IMG/VR virus record: IMGVR_UViG_3300039008_000208
Coordinates: 1-64,000 of that record
DNA: 64,000 nucleotides
Strand: one strand, 5' to 3'
Source: a virus
Shown one piece after another: positions 1-9,978 of this stretch (the stretch's first letter is position 1; every line of letters starts with the position of its first letter). The notes under the pieces are model-generated. The model saw only the letters and a list, made by a program, of their open reading frames with translations, did no database searches and had not been told where the DNA came from. The position numbers were made by a program, and so were the translations under genes.

Positions 1-1167
1 CCTCATTTCGTGAAGGAAGCAAAACGGTATTATGTAAAAGGATTTAAAGATAGCTGGTATGTCCTCCCTAAAACAACCAGTAAAGCAAATCCTGAAAACC
101 TTGCAGGACAGCACAACTACAACCTTTTAATCGTGGTTGACGAAGCATCTGGCGTTCCGGATGAAAACCACGGTGTATTACGTGGTGCGCTTACCGAAGA
201 GCGAAATCGCTATTTAATGGCTTCACAGCCAACCAGACCAAATGGACATTTTGCCGAAGCAATGACAACTCTTGCCAAAACTATTGATGGTGAGGAAGTC
301 AACGAAAGCGGTATCTATGATGCGTTTATTCTTAACTCGGAAGAAAGCCCACTCGTTTCTAAAAAATTTATCGCAGAAAAGCTTGTAGAATACGGTGGAC
401 ATCACAGCCCAGAATACCAAGTAAAGGTTTTAGGTCGTCTCCCAGATAATTTATCTGGCTACCTTATTCCAAAGCAATGGGCAGAACAAAGTCAGCACTA
501 CACAACTTTCTTTGCTCCAAATGAAGAATGGGGGTGGGTATTAACTGCCGACATTGGTGAGGGTACTCATCGTGACGCATCTGTCTATACGATTGCTCGA
601 GTTGGCGGCTATGGCATAGAAAGAAAGGTTATTTGTGTAGAACAGGAATCCTTTGTAGATAAAAATGAAAAAGAATTTGCTCGGCTACTTGCGACTATTT
701 ACCGGAACCCTAAGTATCCCAATTTGTCAATTGTCGTTGATGGAGATGGTGCAGGGCGTACAGTTATTCTTGAACTAGAAGAAATGGGGATACCGGTACA
801 ACCGATTCATTGGGGCTTACCTACTCACACAAGGGCAGATCAGAAGCGCTACTTAAACCTACGCGCATTTGCTCATCTCAAATTACGTGAAGCTATTTTT
901 GAAGAACGGTTCAAAATGGTTGAAAGTAAAGATTGGGTAAAAGAAGCATCAAAGCTGCCATACAGGATTGATGATAGAGGCCGTTATCAAATGTTCTCAA
1001 AGGAAAAAATGCGATCAGAAGGGATTCATTCTCCTGACCGATGTGACACAACTTGTTTCTTCTTCCTCGCAGACTATGTGCCGATGATCCGTGAAGAAAA
1101 ACAAACGACTAGCGTTGAAGATGATTTCAAAAAAGAAGCATTGGAGTTCTTAGATAATGTTGGGTAA
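1..1167 (+). CDS. terL: terminase large subunit, C-terminal part (5' end is upstream of the window)
   Basis: The frame is open from nt 1. It has a Walker-B-like LLIVVDEASGVPDE, then an RNaseH-like nuclease segment WVLTADIGEGTHRDASVYTIA. Its stop overlaps the next start (ATGTTGGGTAA). Confidence 0.7.
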   Translation, partial: PHFVKEAKRYYVKGFKDSWYVLPKTTSKANPENLAGQHNYNLLIVVDEASGVPDENHGVLRGALTEERNRYLMASQPTRPNGHFAEAMTTLAKTIDGEEVNESGIYDAFILNSEESPLVSKKFIAEKLVEYGGHHSPEYQVKVLGRLPDNLSGYLIPKQWAEQSQHYTTFFAPNEEWGWVLTADIGEGTHRDASVYTIARVGGYGIERKVICVEQESFVDKNEKEFARLLATIYRNPKYPNLSIVVDGDGAGRTVILELEEMGIPVQPIHWGLPTHTRADQKRYLNLRAFAHLKLREAIFEERFKMVESKDWVKEASKLPYRIDDRGRYQMFSKEKMRSEGIHSPDRCDTTCFFFLADYVPMIREEKQTTSVEDDFKKEALEFLDNVG

Positions 1168-1819
1168 AATTTCTATTGCATGTCTTGCTATGATGGACTC
1201 AAAGCCACACTTAGCTGTCGCACTCTATGATTATGAAGCCCAGTTGCTTTATATTCATAGCTGCACACCCGCAAACCCAAACAACCTCGAAGCATCTGAA
1301 TGGGTTCCAGAACTGAAAGAAAGATTGCGACAGTATGTTGAGAAAGGGTTTAGCGTTTTAATTGAAGATATTACCGGAGCAATGGTCATAGATGGAACCA
1401 CTCCGTTTTCATTTGATGATTTGTATGAAAAACGTCCTACGTTATATCACGCTTTGGACTATAATTTTTCGATGCAATCGTTACGCCAAGTAACTTACAA
1501 CGACAATATTACGCGATTCATTATTCAGGGAAATACAGAAGGCAGTAAGATTGATATTCTCCAAGATGATAAGGGGAGAAAAATCTATCGAGTAGATTGG
1601 ACACAGTTTAATGGTGGGCATAAAGCTGTGTTAATGTGCATTTGTGCAGCTATGATGCCGCCTGTTACCAATAGCTACTTAGAAACTATGTTTGAAATGC
1701 TTGAAGACATCGAAGAAGATGTAGAAGAAAGCCCTCTTTCTACATGGAATAAAATAACTGTAGAACACAGTATCAAAGAGTACCTAGAGTACGAATCTCA
1801 ATTTGATGAAACAATTTGA
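1157..1819 (+). CDS. hypothetical protein, translationally coupled to terminase
   Basis: 220-aa ORF overlapping the terminase stop, with an acidic C-terminus. No recognisable motif. Confidence 0.5.
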   Translation: MLGKISIACLAMMDSKPHLAVALYDYEAQLLYIHSCTPANPNNLEASEWVPELKERLRQYVEKGFSVLIEDITGAMVIDGTTPFSFDDLYEKRPTLYHALDYNFSMQSLRQVTYNDNITRFIIQGNTEGSKIDILQDDKGRKIYRVDWTQFNGGHKAVLMCICAAMMPPVTNSYLETMFEMLEDIEEDVEESPLSTWNKITVEHSIKEYLEYESQFDETI

Positions 1820-1956
1820 CTATCTCTAGAAAATGCCTAAAATAAAGCTTCAATCTGACTTTCTTCTAAGCTTTTTGGCGAGCTTAGAAAAAAGAATGTT
1901 TGCAAGCCTGAGAACATCTTTGCTGTTCATTTTTATGGTATGCAAACTCCGTTTTG

Positions 1957-1993
1957 CCCCTCCCGAACGGCTTTTTCGGGAGGGGTTTTTTTT
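1957..1993 (+). terminator. Rho-independent terminator ending the terminase operon
   Basis: Stem cccctcccgaa / ttcgggagggg followed by a T8 run. Confidence 0.8.
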
Positions 1994-2276
1994 ATCGAGA
2001 GATAATTTGCAGAGCTTCTTCCGGTGTAAAGCCTGTTTCTACAAGCTGCTCGTAGCACACCTTTTTACTTTTCTTTCGCAAATGAATCTCTGCGGTTTCT
2101 GGATATACAATAACAAATCCATAGTTCAACAATGCATAGCAATGTACAGATAGAGAGATTATCGCTGCTATGTACCCAAACAAAAAGCCAGCATTAAGAC
2201 TTTCCACTAACAACAGGAAAGTATGACGTCCTGTAATCAGCAAGAAAACAAACACGAAAATGGAATGGGTACGCAT
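1992..2276 (-). CDS. small membrane protein (two predicted TM helices)
   Basis: 94 aa with hydrophobic stretches IFVFVFLLITG and GFLFGYIAAIISLSV. It is the last gene of the leftward operon. Confidence 0.45.
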   Translation of the reverse strand: MRTHSIFVFVFLLITGRHTFLLLVESLNAGFLFGYIAAIISLSVHCYALLNYGFVIVYPETAEIHLRKKSKKVCYEQLVETGFTPEEALQIISR

Positions 2277-2650
2277 TACTTCTCCTTACGACTATGCGCA
2301 AAGAAGTCGCAAACAACTAATGCCACCGTCCGAGCGTATTCTTTATGTGACGCTGTGAAAACAACACCATCTAATGTTTTAAGACAAACATCCCATTTTT
2401 CACCACGTTCCCATGTTACGACCAATGTCTGCGCTCTTTCTCGAATCTTCTCAAGTAATAAGAACGCCGTATCTTTTTCCGCACTAAAATACGGAACGGG
2501 GCAGGGCAACTCCGTTTTCCCTTCGTATATCAAGGCTGGAGTTATCTCGAACGGTGTTGGTTTCCATGCGACCCCTTCAAGTCCAATACCTTCCGCAATA
2601 AACTTGTCCAATTCACGGTTTGCTAGGTTTGAAAATAAAATTTCGCGCAT
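2276..2650 (-). CDS. hypothetical protein
   Basis: 124-aa ORF abutting its neighbours. ELDKFIAEGIGLEGVAWKP is reminiscent of small phage proteins of unknown function. Confidence 0.45.
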   Translation of the reverse strand: MREILFSNLANRELDKFIAEGIGLEGVAWKPTPFEITPALIYEGKTELPCPVPYFSAEKDTAFLLLEKIRERAQTLVVTWERGEKWDVCLKTLDGVVFTASHKEYARTVALVVCDFFAHSRKEK

Positions 2651-2656
2651 AATTAA

Positions 2657-3070
2657 TTATACCTCGTATTCTTTTCTGAGCTCTGCCCAACAGTCTTGGC
2701 AGCGATAGTTAAAAGTGGGCTTGCCACAAGTGGTACAACTACGCAGGTTGGCATTTTGTTGCTTTTGCCTTTTAACAAGGCATAACCCAGTTTTTTTTGG
2801 TTTTTTACGAGGTTCAATATAGCCAGCGGCAGCAGCGGCACCACGCCCATAGGTTTCAACAAGCATGGTATTGATTGTTTTACACCGTTTCCGCTTTCGT
2901 TCTGGGCAAATAAAACGGATGAAAACACTAACAGTACCATTGTGATGCTCTTTAGTATGTTGAATGAGCACTTGCTGACTCTTTACATACCGCACCAGAC
3001 CGTCTCTACTGATTTCTAAGAAAGGCATATCGGGAACAACATAAAATTCTTCTTTTACAGCGCAACTCAT
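2657..3070 (-). CDS. hypothetical protein with C-terminal zinc ribbon
   Basis: 137 aa with CTTCGKPTFNYRCQDC near the C-terminus. Confidence 0.45.
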   Translation of the reverse strand: MSCAVKEEFYVVPDMPFLEISRDGLVRYVKSQQVLIQHTKEHHNGTVSVFIRFICPERKRKRCKTINTMLVETYGRGAAAAAGYIEPRKKPKKTGLCLVKRQKQQNANLRSCTTCGKPTFNYRCQDCWAELRKEYEV

Positions 3071-3079
3071 AGCTCCCTC

Positions 3080-3940
3080 CTAACTTGATAAATCGGTGTC
3101 ACAATGTGGACACTCAGGGGTTGAGCGATCTTTTGATACGAACTTGCCACACTTCCAGCAGTGATCTGGTTTAGTTACCTGTTTCGGAGCTTCGTTTAAC
3201 ACAATGCCTGTTCCGGCAAGCGCTTCTTCAATACTGACATGCTGAGCATCAACGGATGTTCCAATTCGTGCATCAATATATGATTTAGGCCAAAGAACAT
3301 CTGTGTAGCGCTCTTGGTTAAGGCGAATCGCTTCACTTTTTGTATATACTCCGGCCTGATTGATGTGACAGGTGTAGCCCTTTCCATCTTTTCCCCAAAA
3401 AAGAAGATCGTTACCAACATAATCACGGGTATCCTGAATGTAGAAGAGCTCTTCGTCAGGCTGGCTCACGGTAACGGAGACCACAGGATTTTCCTCTCCT
3501 GCTGCTTTGAGTCTTAATACAACTTGCCCTACAGTGCAGGACTCGTGAGCATACTTGCAACTTGCACAATTACCGTCGCATTCTTTGCTGTGCTCCACCT
3601 TTGTCGGGATCTCGACAGCCTCCTTGCAAATGGATTTTAATTCTTTAATTCGTTCATCGCTTGATCGAATCCATGAAACAAGAGTAGTGCTAGTACGCAT
3701 CCAATGCTGTTTATGCCTTTCTTCTGCATTCAGTTTGGCGCGGAGATGTGTATTTTCCTGCATGTACCCCTGAAGCTTCTCACTCATCTCTGCTTCAGCA
3801 ATCTGCGCACGCTCAAGCGCACCTTCGAGTGAATCAGCTTTGAACATGAATGAATCGTAATCAACACATCCAAAGCAAACACTTCCTTCGACATGCCTGT
3901 TCTGGCACAGGTCACAAATCAAATCAGCGCAAATACTCAT
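3080..3940 (-). CDS. Cys-rich coiled-coil protein, unknown function
   Basis: The likely start is ATG at 3940 (MSICADLICDLCQ), directly after the upstream stop. It has several CxxC pairs and a central heptad-like region. Confidence 0.5.
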   Translation of the reverse strand: MSICADLICDLCQNRHVEGSVCFGCVDYDSFMFKADSLEGALERAQIAEAEMSEKLQGYMQENTHLRAKLNAEERHKQHWMRTSTTLVSWIRSSDERIKELKSICKEAVEIPTKVEHSKECDGNCASCKYAHESCTVGQVVLRLKAAGEENPVVSVTVSQPDEELFYIQDTRDYVGNDLLFWGKDGKGYTCHINQAGVYTKSEAIRLNQERYTDVLWPKSYIDARIGTSVDAQHVSIEEALAGTGIVLNEAPKQVTKPDHCWKCGKFVSKDRSTPECPHCDTDLSS

Positions 3941-3941
3941 C

Positions 3942-4430
3942 TTAAAACCCCTCCAATTCTGCAATATGCGGATAGTCAAATTGCCAAAAACTTAATCGGC
4001 CTTTTGCCGGTACGGGCGTAATCGCTTTGGCTTTGGCAATTTGCCACCAGAACTTGGAGTCCATATCGCACCATCTACTGCCACTATGAACAAAGTGTTG
4101 TGCATCTTCCCCAAAATCAAACACCTTGTTGAAAAAACAGTTTGAGAACCGGACTACTCCGACAATATGACCTGCCAAAGCTATAGTTGCTTCATCTTTA
4201 TGCGGCTGAATAGAATCACAGATAAAACTTCGAGCTTGAAGCTCATGAATACACGCTTGAGGATTTAATAGCGGTTTAGCACTAGTATGAACTAACACCG
4301 GTGTATCATGATACTTTTCTGGAAGTTTCCAGCTTCGATTTTCGATGTTCTTGCGCGATGTAGGCTGTTGATTTTGTAAGATCAGCCATGCCCACGGTTG
4401 GCGTGTTGTTAACACTGGGTATACACTCAT
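3942..4430 (-). CDS. ASCH (PUA-like) domain protein
   Basis: The N-terminus TTRQPWAWLILQNQ..KNIENRSWKLP...VLVHTS matches the ASCH pattern. Its start overlaps the upstream stop (TAATG) and GGAGA lies upstream. Confidence 0.55.
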   Translation of the reverse strand: MSVYPVLTTRQPWAWLILQNQQPTSRKNIENRSWKLPEKYHDTPVLVHTSAKPLLNPQACIHELQARSFICDSIQPHKDEATIALAGHIVGVVRFSNCFFNKVFDFGEDAQHFVHSGSRWCDMDSKFWWQIAKAKAITPVPAKGRLSFWQFDYPHIAELEGF

Positions 4431-4813
4431 TAGCAATCTCCGTTTTCGTAACTTTTTTCCTTTTTAGCCTTTTTAATAAGAGCTTCTGACTGTTGAATTG
4501 CTTCAAGCTGTTCCGAACAGTGTTCTTTGGCTAACACCGTCATAACTTCAAGCTGGTCAACAAGCTTTGCAAAAAGATTAGGGGAATCCATCTGGACATG
4601 ACGCCAGCCTTTGACTTTTTGAAGATCAACAATGCTTGTTACAGGAATAACTTCATCAATCCCAAACCCGAAAACATGCACAAAATGCCCTTCTTCAAGA
4701 ATGTAGCTTTCATACTTTGTCATAACCGATGCGAATGCCTCTCCAATCTTTACAGAAAGTCGAGTTCCAGCAGGAATAAGCGAGGTTGGAAGTGGCTTTT
4801 GTAAATTACTCAT
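4430..4813 (-). CDS. hypothetical protein
   Basis: 127-aa ORF in the operon, overlapping its neighbours by a few nt. Confidence 0.45.
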   Translation of the reverse strand: MSNLQKPLPTSLIPAGTRLSVKIGEAFASVMTKYESYILEEGHFVHVFGFGIDEVIPVTSIVDLQKVKGWRHVQMDSPNLFAKLVDQLEVMTVLAKEHCSEQLEAIQQSEALIKKAKKEKSYENGDC

Positions 4814-5060
4814 CGCTGTTCTTCTTGCACTGCAACAAAGCAGTTCCCTGAAAATTTTTCATAACTAAGAGCACCTCGTCCCAAACTTCTGGAGACTCCA
4901 TCACTAAGTTAAGGCCACGCCCATTCTTGCGATATTCCTCACGAGCCTCTTCAAGATGCTTTTCAGAACACGCAGCAGTGTGGCCGTGCTTGCACCTACC
5001 ATTTACAAAACATGATAAAAACTTCGCCCACAAAGGATGGTCGCAAGGCTTTTTAGCCAC
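4806..5060 (-). CDS. hypothetical protein
   Basis: 84-aa ORF with overlapping stop and start on both sides. Confidence 0.4.
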   Translation of the reverse strand: MAKKPCDHPLWAKFLSCFVNGRCKHGHTAACSEKHLEEAREEYRKNGRGLNLVMESPEVWDEVLLVMKNFQGTALLQCKKNSDE

Positions 5061-5352
5061 GGCTACAGCCTTCAGGCTTACCGGCTTCTATTTGTTCCCA
5101 AACAGGATAAACTTTTCCCGTAGTAGCGTTCTGCCTTGCGACGCGCATAATACTACGTTTGAGATGTCTTGACTCTGTCGCAAGCCTTTGGACAAGGTGT
5201 ATCGCAGTATCTGATGCCGGAACCCCGTTATTAGCCTCGTAAGTAGCAAAATCGTCTGCTACGGCTTCGTCGCTACGTGAATGAAGTGAGCCTCCAGCTA
5301 ATGTAAGCCAACGATCTTCCTGCAAAACCTGTATAACGTATAAATCCATCAC
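5053..5352 (-). CDS. hypothetical protein
   Basis: 99-aa ORF in the operon. Confidence 0.4.
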   Translation of the reverse strand: MMDLYVIQVLQEDRWLTLAGGSLHSRSDEAVADDFATYEANNGVPASDTAIHLVQRLATESRHLKRSIMRVARQNATTGKVYPVWEQIEAGKPEGCSRG

Positions 5353-6116
5353 CGCATCATCCCCATAATGTTTTTAAACGCTGCTTCAAGCTCATCCATA
5401 TTCTTGGCGTTATTGATTGTTGGGAAAGCGTCGTCTTCTGCTGTTAAAGAAGGAGCATTAATGTCTGGGTATTTCTCAGCGAGCTCTGCAAAGGTTTCCG
5501 GAGAAAATTCTTTTAATTTTTTTTTATTTTCTTCCAGCTTAGAAGCATATTCACTGCTTTTCCCAGACTTAACGTGATTACGTCCTATTGCTACAGCTTT
5601 TCGCAATTGACGTAGTACCTTAGCTTCATTTTCTTTAAGTACCTCCTCTTCGGTAGGAGTCTCTTTTTCGACATCGGCTGGCTTTTCAGTCAGCGACTCT
5701 TCATGAATCTGTGTCTGGATGTAGTTTATAACTTTCTTAGCATCCACGGGTACATTTTCGTATGTTTCTGAATCATCAAGAAAGCTACAAATCACGAAAA
5801 AAGAGCCAGTCTCTTTCCCTTTCAATGAAAATAAAAAAGAAAGCTCAAGATCACCCTTGTTAAATGCTACATGGAATTCCCATGCACTTTCCTCTGCAAT
5901 CTCTTCCTCATCAAAGCCATGCTCATAAGGATCAGCGAGGTCGAGTTCAATCTCGCGGCAGATTGCTTCATCGCCAAAATGCTTTTTAACAGCATGTGCA
6001 ATTGAAGAAATTCTTTTACGCTGTGCCGGTAATGGCTCGATTCTAGATATTTTCTTCTTTTGCTTTTCTTCTAAACGTTTCTTTTCTGAGAAAAGCATTT
6101 CAGAATCAAAATCCAT
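5349..6116 (-). CDS. acidic hypothetical protein, first gene of the leftward operon
   Basis: 255 aa with GGAG 7 nt upstream of the ATG. Its C-terminal NNAKNMDELEAAFKNIMG recurs near the N-terminus of the 2105-aa protein. Confidence 0.55.
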   Translation of the reverse strand: MDFDSEMLFSEKKRLEEKQKKKISRIEPLPAQRKRISSIAHAVKKHFGDEAICREIELDLADPYEHGFDEEEIAEESAWEFHVAFNKGDLELSFLFSLKGKETGSFFVICSFLDDSETYENVPVDAKKVINYIQTQIHEESLTEKPADVEKETPTEEEVLKENEAKVLRQLRKAVAIGRNHVKSGKSSEYASKLEENKKKLKEFSPETFAELAEKYPDINAPSLTAEDDAFPTINNAKNMDELEAAFKNIMGMMR

Positions 6117-6142
6117 AAGCTCGCTCCTTCATCATTTTTTTT

Positions 6143-6199
6143 ACTATATGCGGACATATTCCCAACGTCAATACTTAGTAATATTTTTTATTACTAAGT
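6143..6199 (-). promoter_or_regulatory. leftward sigma70-like promoter plus a perfect palindromic operator
   Basis: On the minus strand: TTGACG (6166-6171), 17-nt spacer, TATAGT (6143-6148). The palindrome ACTTAGTAATA-N5-TATTACTAAGT (6173-6199) abuts the -35. Confidence 0.6.
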
Positions 6200-6298
6200 A
6201 CCGATATTTGCAATATGTGACACAGTTACCACGACATCTTTGAAAAAAGGAGTAGGCGGGGGTAGATGTGACGTATCTACATGTAAAGGTGGTTAGGT

Positions 6299-6631
6299 AT
6301 GGCTATGATATCAAGATTATCCCCTGAAAATATTGTTGATGAATTACGTAGAGTCCCTCTTTATCGAGAAATTAGAGAGAGACAGGGCGTAGCAACCATT
6401 GATGATTGGACTGAATATGAAGTGCAGCCAAATGAAGAATTGTCAGCCGATTTAATTAGCTACAACGTCTACAAAACTGCGGAGTTGAAGTGGCTAATCC
6501 TTATTGCCGCTAAACTCGATGATATGCGTGGCAGAATTGTAGCCGGAACAATTCTGGTTCTCCCTTCAAAGGCATGGGTTCGTAATCGGATTAAGCACTA
6601 TACCGACCTTGAGAAAAAGGCACGGTGGTAA
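6299..6631 (+). CDS. tail protein X-like (LysM-like) protein
   Basis: 110 aa. YEVQPNEELSADLISYNVY...AGTILVLPS follows the gpX/LysM-like pattern. It is the first gene of a rightward structural operon. Confidence 0.3.
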   Translation: MAMISRLSPENIVDELRRVPLYREIRERQGVATIDDWTEYEVQPNEELSADLISYNVYKTAELKWLILIAAKLDDMRGRIVAGTILVLPSKAWVRNRIKHYTDLEKKARW

Positions 6632-7768
6632 ATGTCGAAGTTGACGCAAACTGATTTTCGAAAATTTGAAAAGGCGCTTAATGCAGTCAGGCGGGAAAAC
6701 AAAGAAGAGCGCAAGGACGCGACAGGCCTATTAACCCCAAGCTTGATTCAAAAACACTTAAAATCCGGAAAGCCACTTGTTTTGCCTTATGGGAAAGGCG
6801 GCAAAACAGTCACTTACTCTGTTGAAGAGTTAAAAGCATTTCAGCGTGCTGCTGTTCGAGTAAAACGTGTCGAGAAATCCAGCGTTCAAGGTGTTCCTTT
6901 ACTCAGACTTGAACAGGCAAGCCACATGGCTGACAAGGAAAGAGTACAGCAGATTAAAAATGCAATGCTGTACCGGATTCGCGGCAATAATTTAAATTTT
7001 CAAGTTACTGCTTCCGGAAAGAATGGCAAACAGCATCATCAAGTCCGCATTAGACTTGAGGAATGGTATGACCATATGACTGCTGCTCAAGGCTACACAC
7101 ATGCTGCCAAGCGTGCGGCTGTAGGCCGGATCAGCTTCGAATGCAGTTGTGGTAGGCACCAATATTGGTATCGTTACCTTGCAACTGTCTCTAACTGCGC
7201 ACTAACACCCAAAGAGACGGACTTTCCCAAAATAAGAAACCCAAAGCTGGAAGGTTTTTGCTGTAAGCATGTTTTGAAAGTGTTTCAGCAACTTAAATCC
7301 CCTTCTGTTCATGCGTTGCTAGCAAAACAGATGCAGCTACAGGCCGATTCCGCAGGATACACAGATCAAGCCAGCACAAAATTTTTGACCGCCAAAGAAC
7401 TACAACAAATGAAACGCGCAAAGGGGTCTGAAAAAGATTCTAAAGATGCGAAAGATGCGTATAGGCAGTTCCGTAAAGCTAAGACTGCAATAGGGAAAAA
7501 GGTAGGGGATAAAACAATGCGCAAAGAATATAAAAAATTATTGCAGAATATGGATGCACGTATCGCTGAAAATAAAGCCCTTAAAAAGCGCGCTCAAAAG
7601 GCCGAGGCAAAAGTCAAGCGAGAAGCTATCGTGAACAAAATGCGTGGCTTTCTTGATGCTATGGACTCTATCGGTGTTGGGAGAGATGAAGCTCTTGTCA
7701 AGTTTGCTGATAAAAATGGGCTGACTGGTGCAGATGTTGAAGCCATTGCTAAGGAGTATAGCTTGTAA
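6632..7768 (+). CDS. SWIM zinc-finger protein with a Lys-rich C-terminus
   Basis: CSCGRHQYWYRY...FCCKHV fits the CxC..CxH SWIM motif. The C-terminal third is basic. Confidence 0.45.
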   Translation: MSKLTQTDFRKFEKALNAVRRENKEERKDATGLLTPSLIQKHLKSGKPLVLPYGKGGKTVTYSVEELKAFQRAAVRVKRVEKSSVQGVPLLRLEQASHMADKERVQQIKNAMLYRIRGNNLNFQVTASGKNGKQHHQVRIRLEEWYDHMTAAQGYTHAAKRAAVGRISFECSCGRHQYWYRYLATVSNCALTPKETDFPKIRNPKLEGFCCKHVLKVFQQLKSPSVHALLAKQMQLQADSAGYTDQASTKFLTAKELQQMKRAKGSEKDSKDAKDAYRQFRKAKTAIGKKVGDKTMRKEYKKLLQNMDARIAENKALKKRAQKAEAKVKREAIVNKMRGFLDAMDSIGVGRDEALVKFADKNGLTGADVEAIAKEYSL

Positions 7769-8292
7769 TGCTAGCAGAAAAACTCACCCCTCGTGACCAT
7801 AGGCCGACGGCCTTGGTTGTCTCTAAAGATTTTAAGACAATGCTGGATCAGCATCCAGAAGCCTTTGATTGTCTAATTTTTAAAGCAAACCTTGAATCAG
7901 CCACTACTTCACAGGAAAATGTTTTAGTTCAAGACTTTGCAACTGGAATTGAATCTGACAGCCTTACTATTTCCTATGCTGATCCGATTCCAAGCAGGGC
8001 TAAAATTCATGTAGAGGAAGGACAGTTATTTTCATCATATGCTGATGGCGGTGATTCAATAGCAGGTAGTCCAGACGATAGTAGCCCAATGGTTCTACTG
8101 CTAAAGGAAGATTCTATTCCAAGGCAAAGTGTTGTTATGTGGAAGGAGATGATTGGGCAGGACGACACTGAAATAAAAGAAGTCTATATGTACATTTTAC
8201 ATAGTGCTTCGCATGGTGTTGCTCCAGTCATCGGTGTAAAGCACTACTGTATACCATTTGATGCAATTGGGGAGCTTGAGGTTAATGAATAA
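7768..8292 (+). CDS. hypothetical structural-operon protein
   Basis: 174-aa ORF whose start overlaps the upstream stop. Confidence 0.4.
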   Translation: MLAEKLTPRDHRPTALVVSKDFKTMLDQHPEAFDCLIFKANLESATTSQENVLVQDFATGIESDSLTISYADPIPSRAKIHVEEGQLFSSYADGGDSIAGSPDDSSPMVLLLKEDSIPRQSVVMWKEMIGQDDTEIKEVYMYILHSASHGVAPVIGVKHYCIPFDAIGELEVNE

Positions 8293-8995
8293 TTTAGAAT
8301 TCTCAGAGCTTCGCACCGTCGATATAGCATTGAGCGCTGTTATTAAGGGGGCGTTCGACAATCTTGCTCATACTAATTCTGATTCTTTTAACAGATTGCT
8401 GGATAAAGAGCCGCAAAGGTGGATGTTCAGAATTGATAAAAGTACCGCTTCTGAGGTGCTAAAAGAGATTCGAGCAGCAAGGAAGGGGGAAGGGAAGAGG
8501 CATGATCTACCTGATTTGCCAATTGTTAATTATTTTCGACCACCAACGATTTCAAACGGAGATCGAGTTGCCAAATTCCCTTACAGAGTAGGTTATGGGG
8601 AAAGACTGGCTGCATCTGTTAAAGCAAAACTTCTGCCGTTAGCACTTGATTATACGATAATGTTTATTGCGTGGGACAAGCAAACCGTCGAGCTTATGCA
8701 GCTTGCTTGGTATGCTTATGTAACTACTCGTCAGCATACTCGTTTTGTTGCCCCTATTAAATTCTGCGGAGATGATGATTTATTCCATCTCCCCTGTTCG
8801 ATATTAGACCCAAAGTCTATCATGTTTGATGACATCTCTGAAAAATCTCCAGATAGACGTCTGTATGCTATCTCCACGCAAATTACAGTTGAAACAACCA
8901 TGCTTGTTGGTTCTGGAATTGAGATTCCAGACCCTATTACTATCATTGGTGAATGCACGTCGTACATTAAGCGATTTTCGAAGAAGGCTCTATGA
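8285..8995 (+). CDS. hypothetical structural-operon protein
   Basis: The likely start is ATG 8285, overlapping the upstream stop (ATGAATAA). Confidence 0.4.
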   Translation: MNNLEFSELRTVDIALSAVIKGAFDNLAHTNSDSFNRLLDKEPQRWMFRIDKSTASEVLKEIRAARKGEGKRHDLPDLPIVNYFRPPTISNGDRVAKFPYRVGYGERLAASVKAKLLPLALDYTIMFIAWDKQTVELMQLAWYAYVTTRQHTRFVAPIKFCGDDDLFHLPCSILDPKSIMFDDISEKSPDRRLYAISTQITVETTMLVGSGIEIPDPITIIGECTSYIKRFSKKAL

Positions 8996-9978
8996 TGAAA
9001 GAGTTTAACCTTGTTCAAAAAATTATACATCAAGAGTCTGGAGAGGAGCTTGACTTAGCCTTCCTTCATTCATTTCTTTTTGTCGAAGAAATGACACTAG
9101 CTGCTCCTAAGTTAGTTTTAAAATTTAATGACGATTTAGCTTATATTCAAGATAAATTGCGCCTAAAACAGGGCGATAAATTAGAGCTTGTTCTTGCTGA
9201 TGTCTATACCCGTGATGGTATGCAAGAGTTGTTATTATTCAATATTCTTAGCTTATCAAAATCTGAAAGCATACTCGTTATTAACTGCCTATTTTCTCCT
9301 GTATGGGAGCTCAAAAAGCCAGCAATGAAAGCGCGAGCTTTTATTAGGCGTCACCCGACATATTGTCTTAAAAAACTATTTCCAACATTACAGGTAAAAG
9401 CTTCAAGGTGCTTTTCTGTAGAAGATTACCATATCCTTGTTGGAGAACGCCCTACTGCAATGTTGAATCAACTAGCGCAGGAACAAGGAGGGCATATCTA
9501 TGTCCAGCGGGATCATGTCTGTTTTTCTCGATTAGAAGATGGAATGAGTCAAAAAGCAGATTTTACGTATCACCACAATGATAGCAGACAGGCTAATCAG
9601 ATTATACAGCATAAAAAGCTCTCAGGTGAGGTTTTGCTGCGAGATAAGGTGAAACGCGAATATAAGGGCTGGAACCTGACAAAAGGCTTTGTGAAGGCTA
9701 GCACGAGCGATAAAAAGGTGCCTTCTGAATTATACCCATCTCAACATAAAGGAACTTTGAAAAAAATAGGAATAACACCGAATCCGAGTATTGATTTTAC
9801 TTGTGTTGGGAATGGCTTTTTAACGGCTGGCATGACTTTGGATTTGGTTTGGAATCTCGAAGATGATGAACGTATTTTTGATGAAAGTATGCCAGAAAGA
9901 GTGGTGGCATGGCTTGTGGCTCATTATTACTCTCAAGAAAAATATTACTGTAGAGTCAAAGGGGTTACTGTTTTATGA
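8992..9978 (+). CDS. candidate baseplate hub protein (gpD/gp27-like by position)
   Basis: 328 aa immediately upstream of, and overlapping, the spike gene. The call rests on position only. Confidence 0.3.
   Translation: MMKEFNLVQKIIHQESGEELDLAFLHSFLFVEEMTLAAPKLVLKFNDDLAYIQDKLRLKQGDKLELVLADVYTRDGMQELLLFNILSLSKSESILVINCLFSPVWELKKPAMKARAFIRRHPTYCLKKLFPTLQVKASRCFSVEDYHILVGERPTAMLNQLAQEQGGHIYVQRDHVCFSRLEDGMSQKADFTYHHNDSRQANQIIQHKKLSGEVLLRDKVKREYKGWNLTKGFVKASTSDKKVPSELYPSQHKGTLKKIGITPNPSIDFTCVGNGFLTAGMTLDLVWNLEDDERIFDESMPERVVAWLVAHYYSQEKYYCRVKGVTVL

Noticed and set aside
1833-2153. 106-aa plus-strand ORF after the terminase operon.
   Set aside because: It reads straight through the intrinsic terminator at 1957-1993 and is antisense to the membrane-protein ORF.
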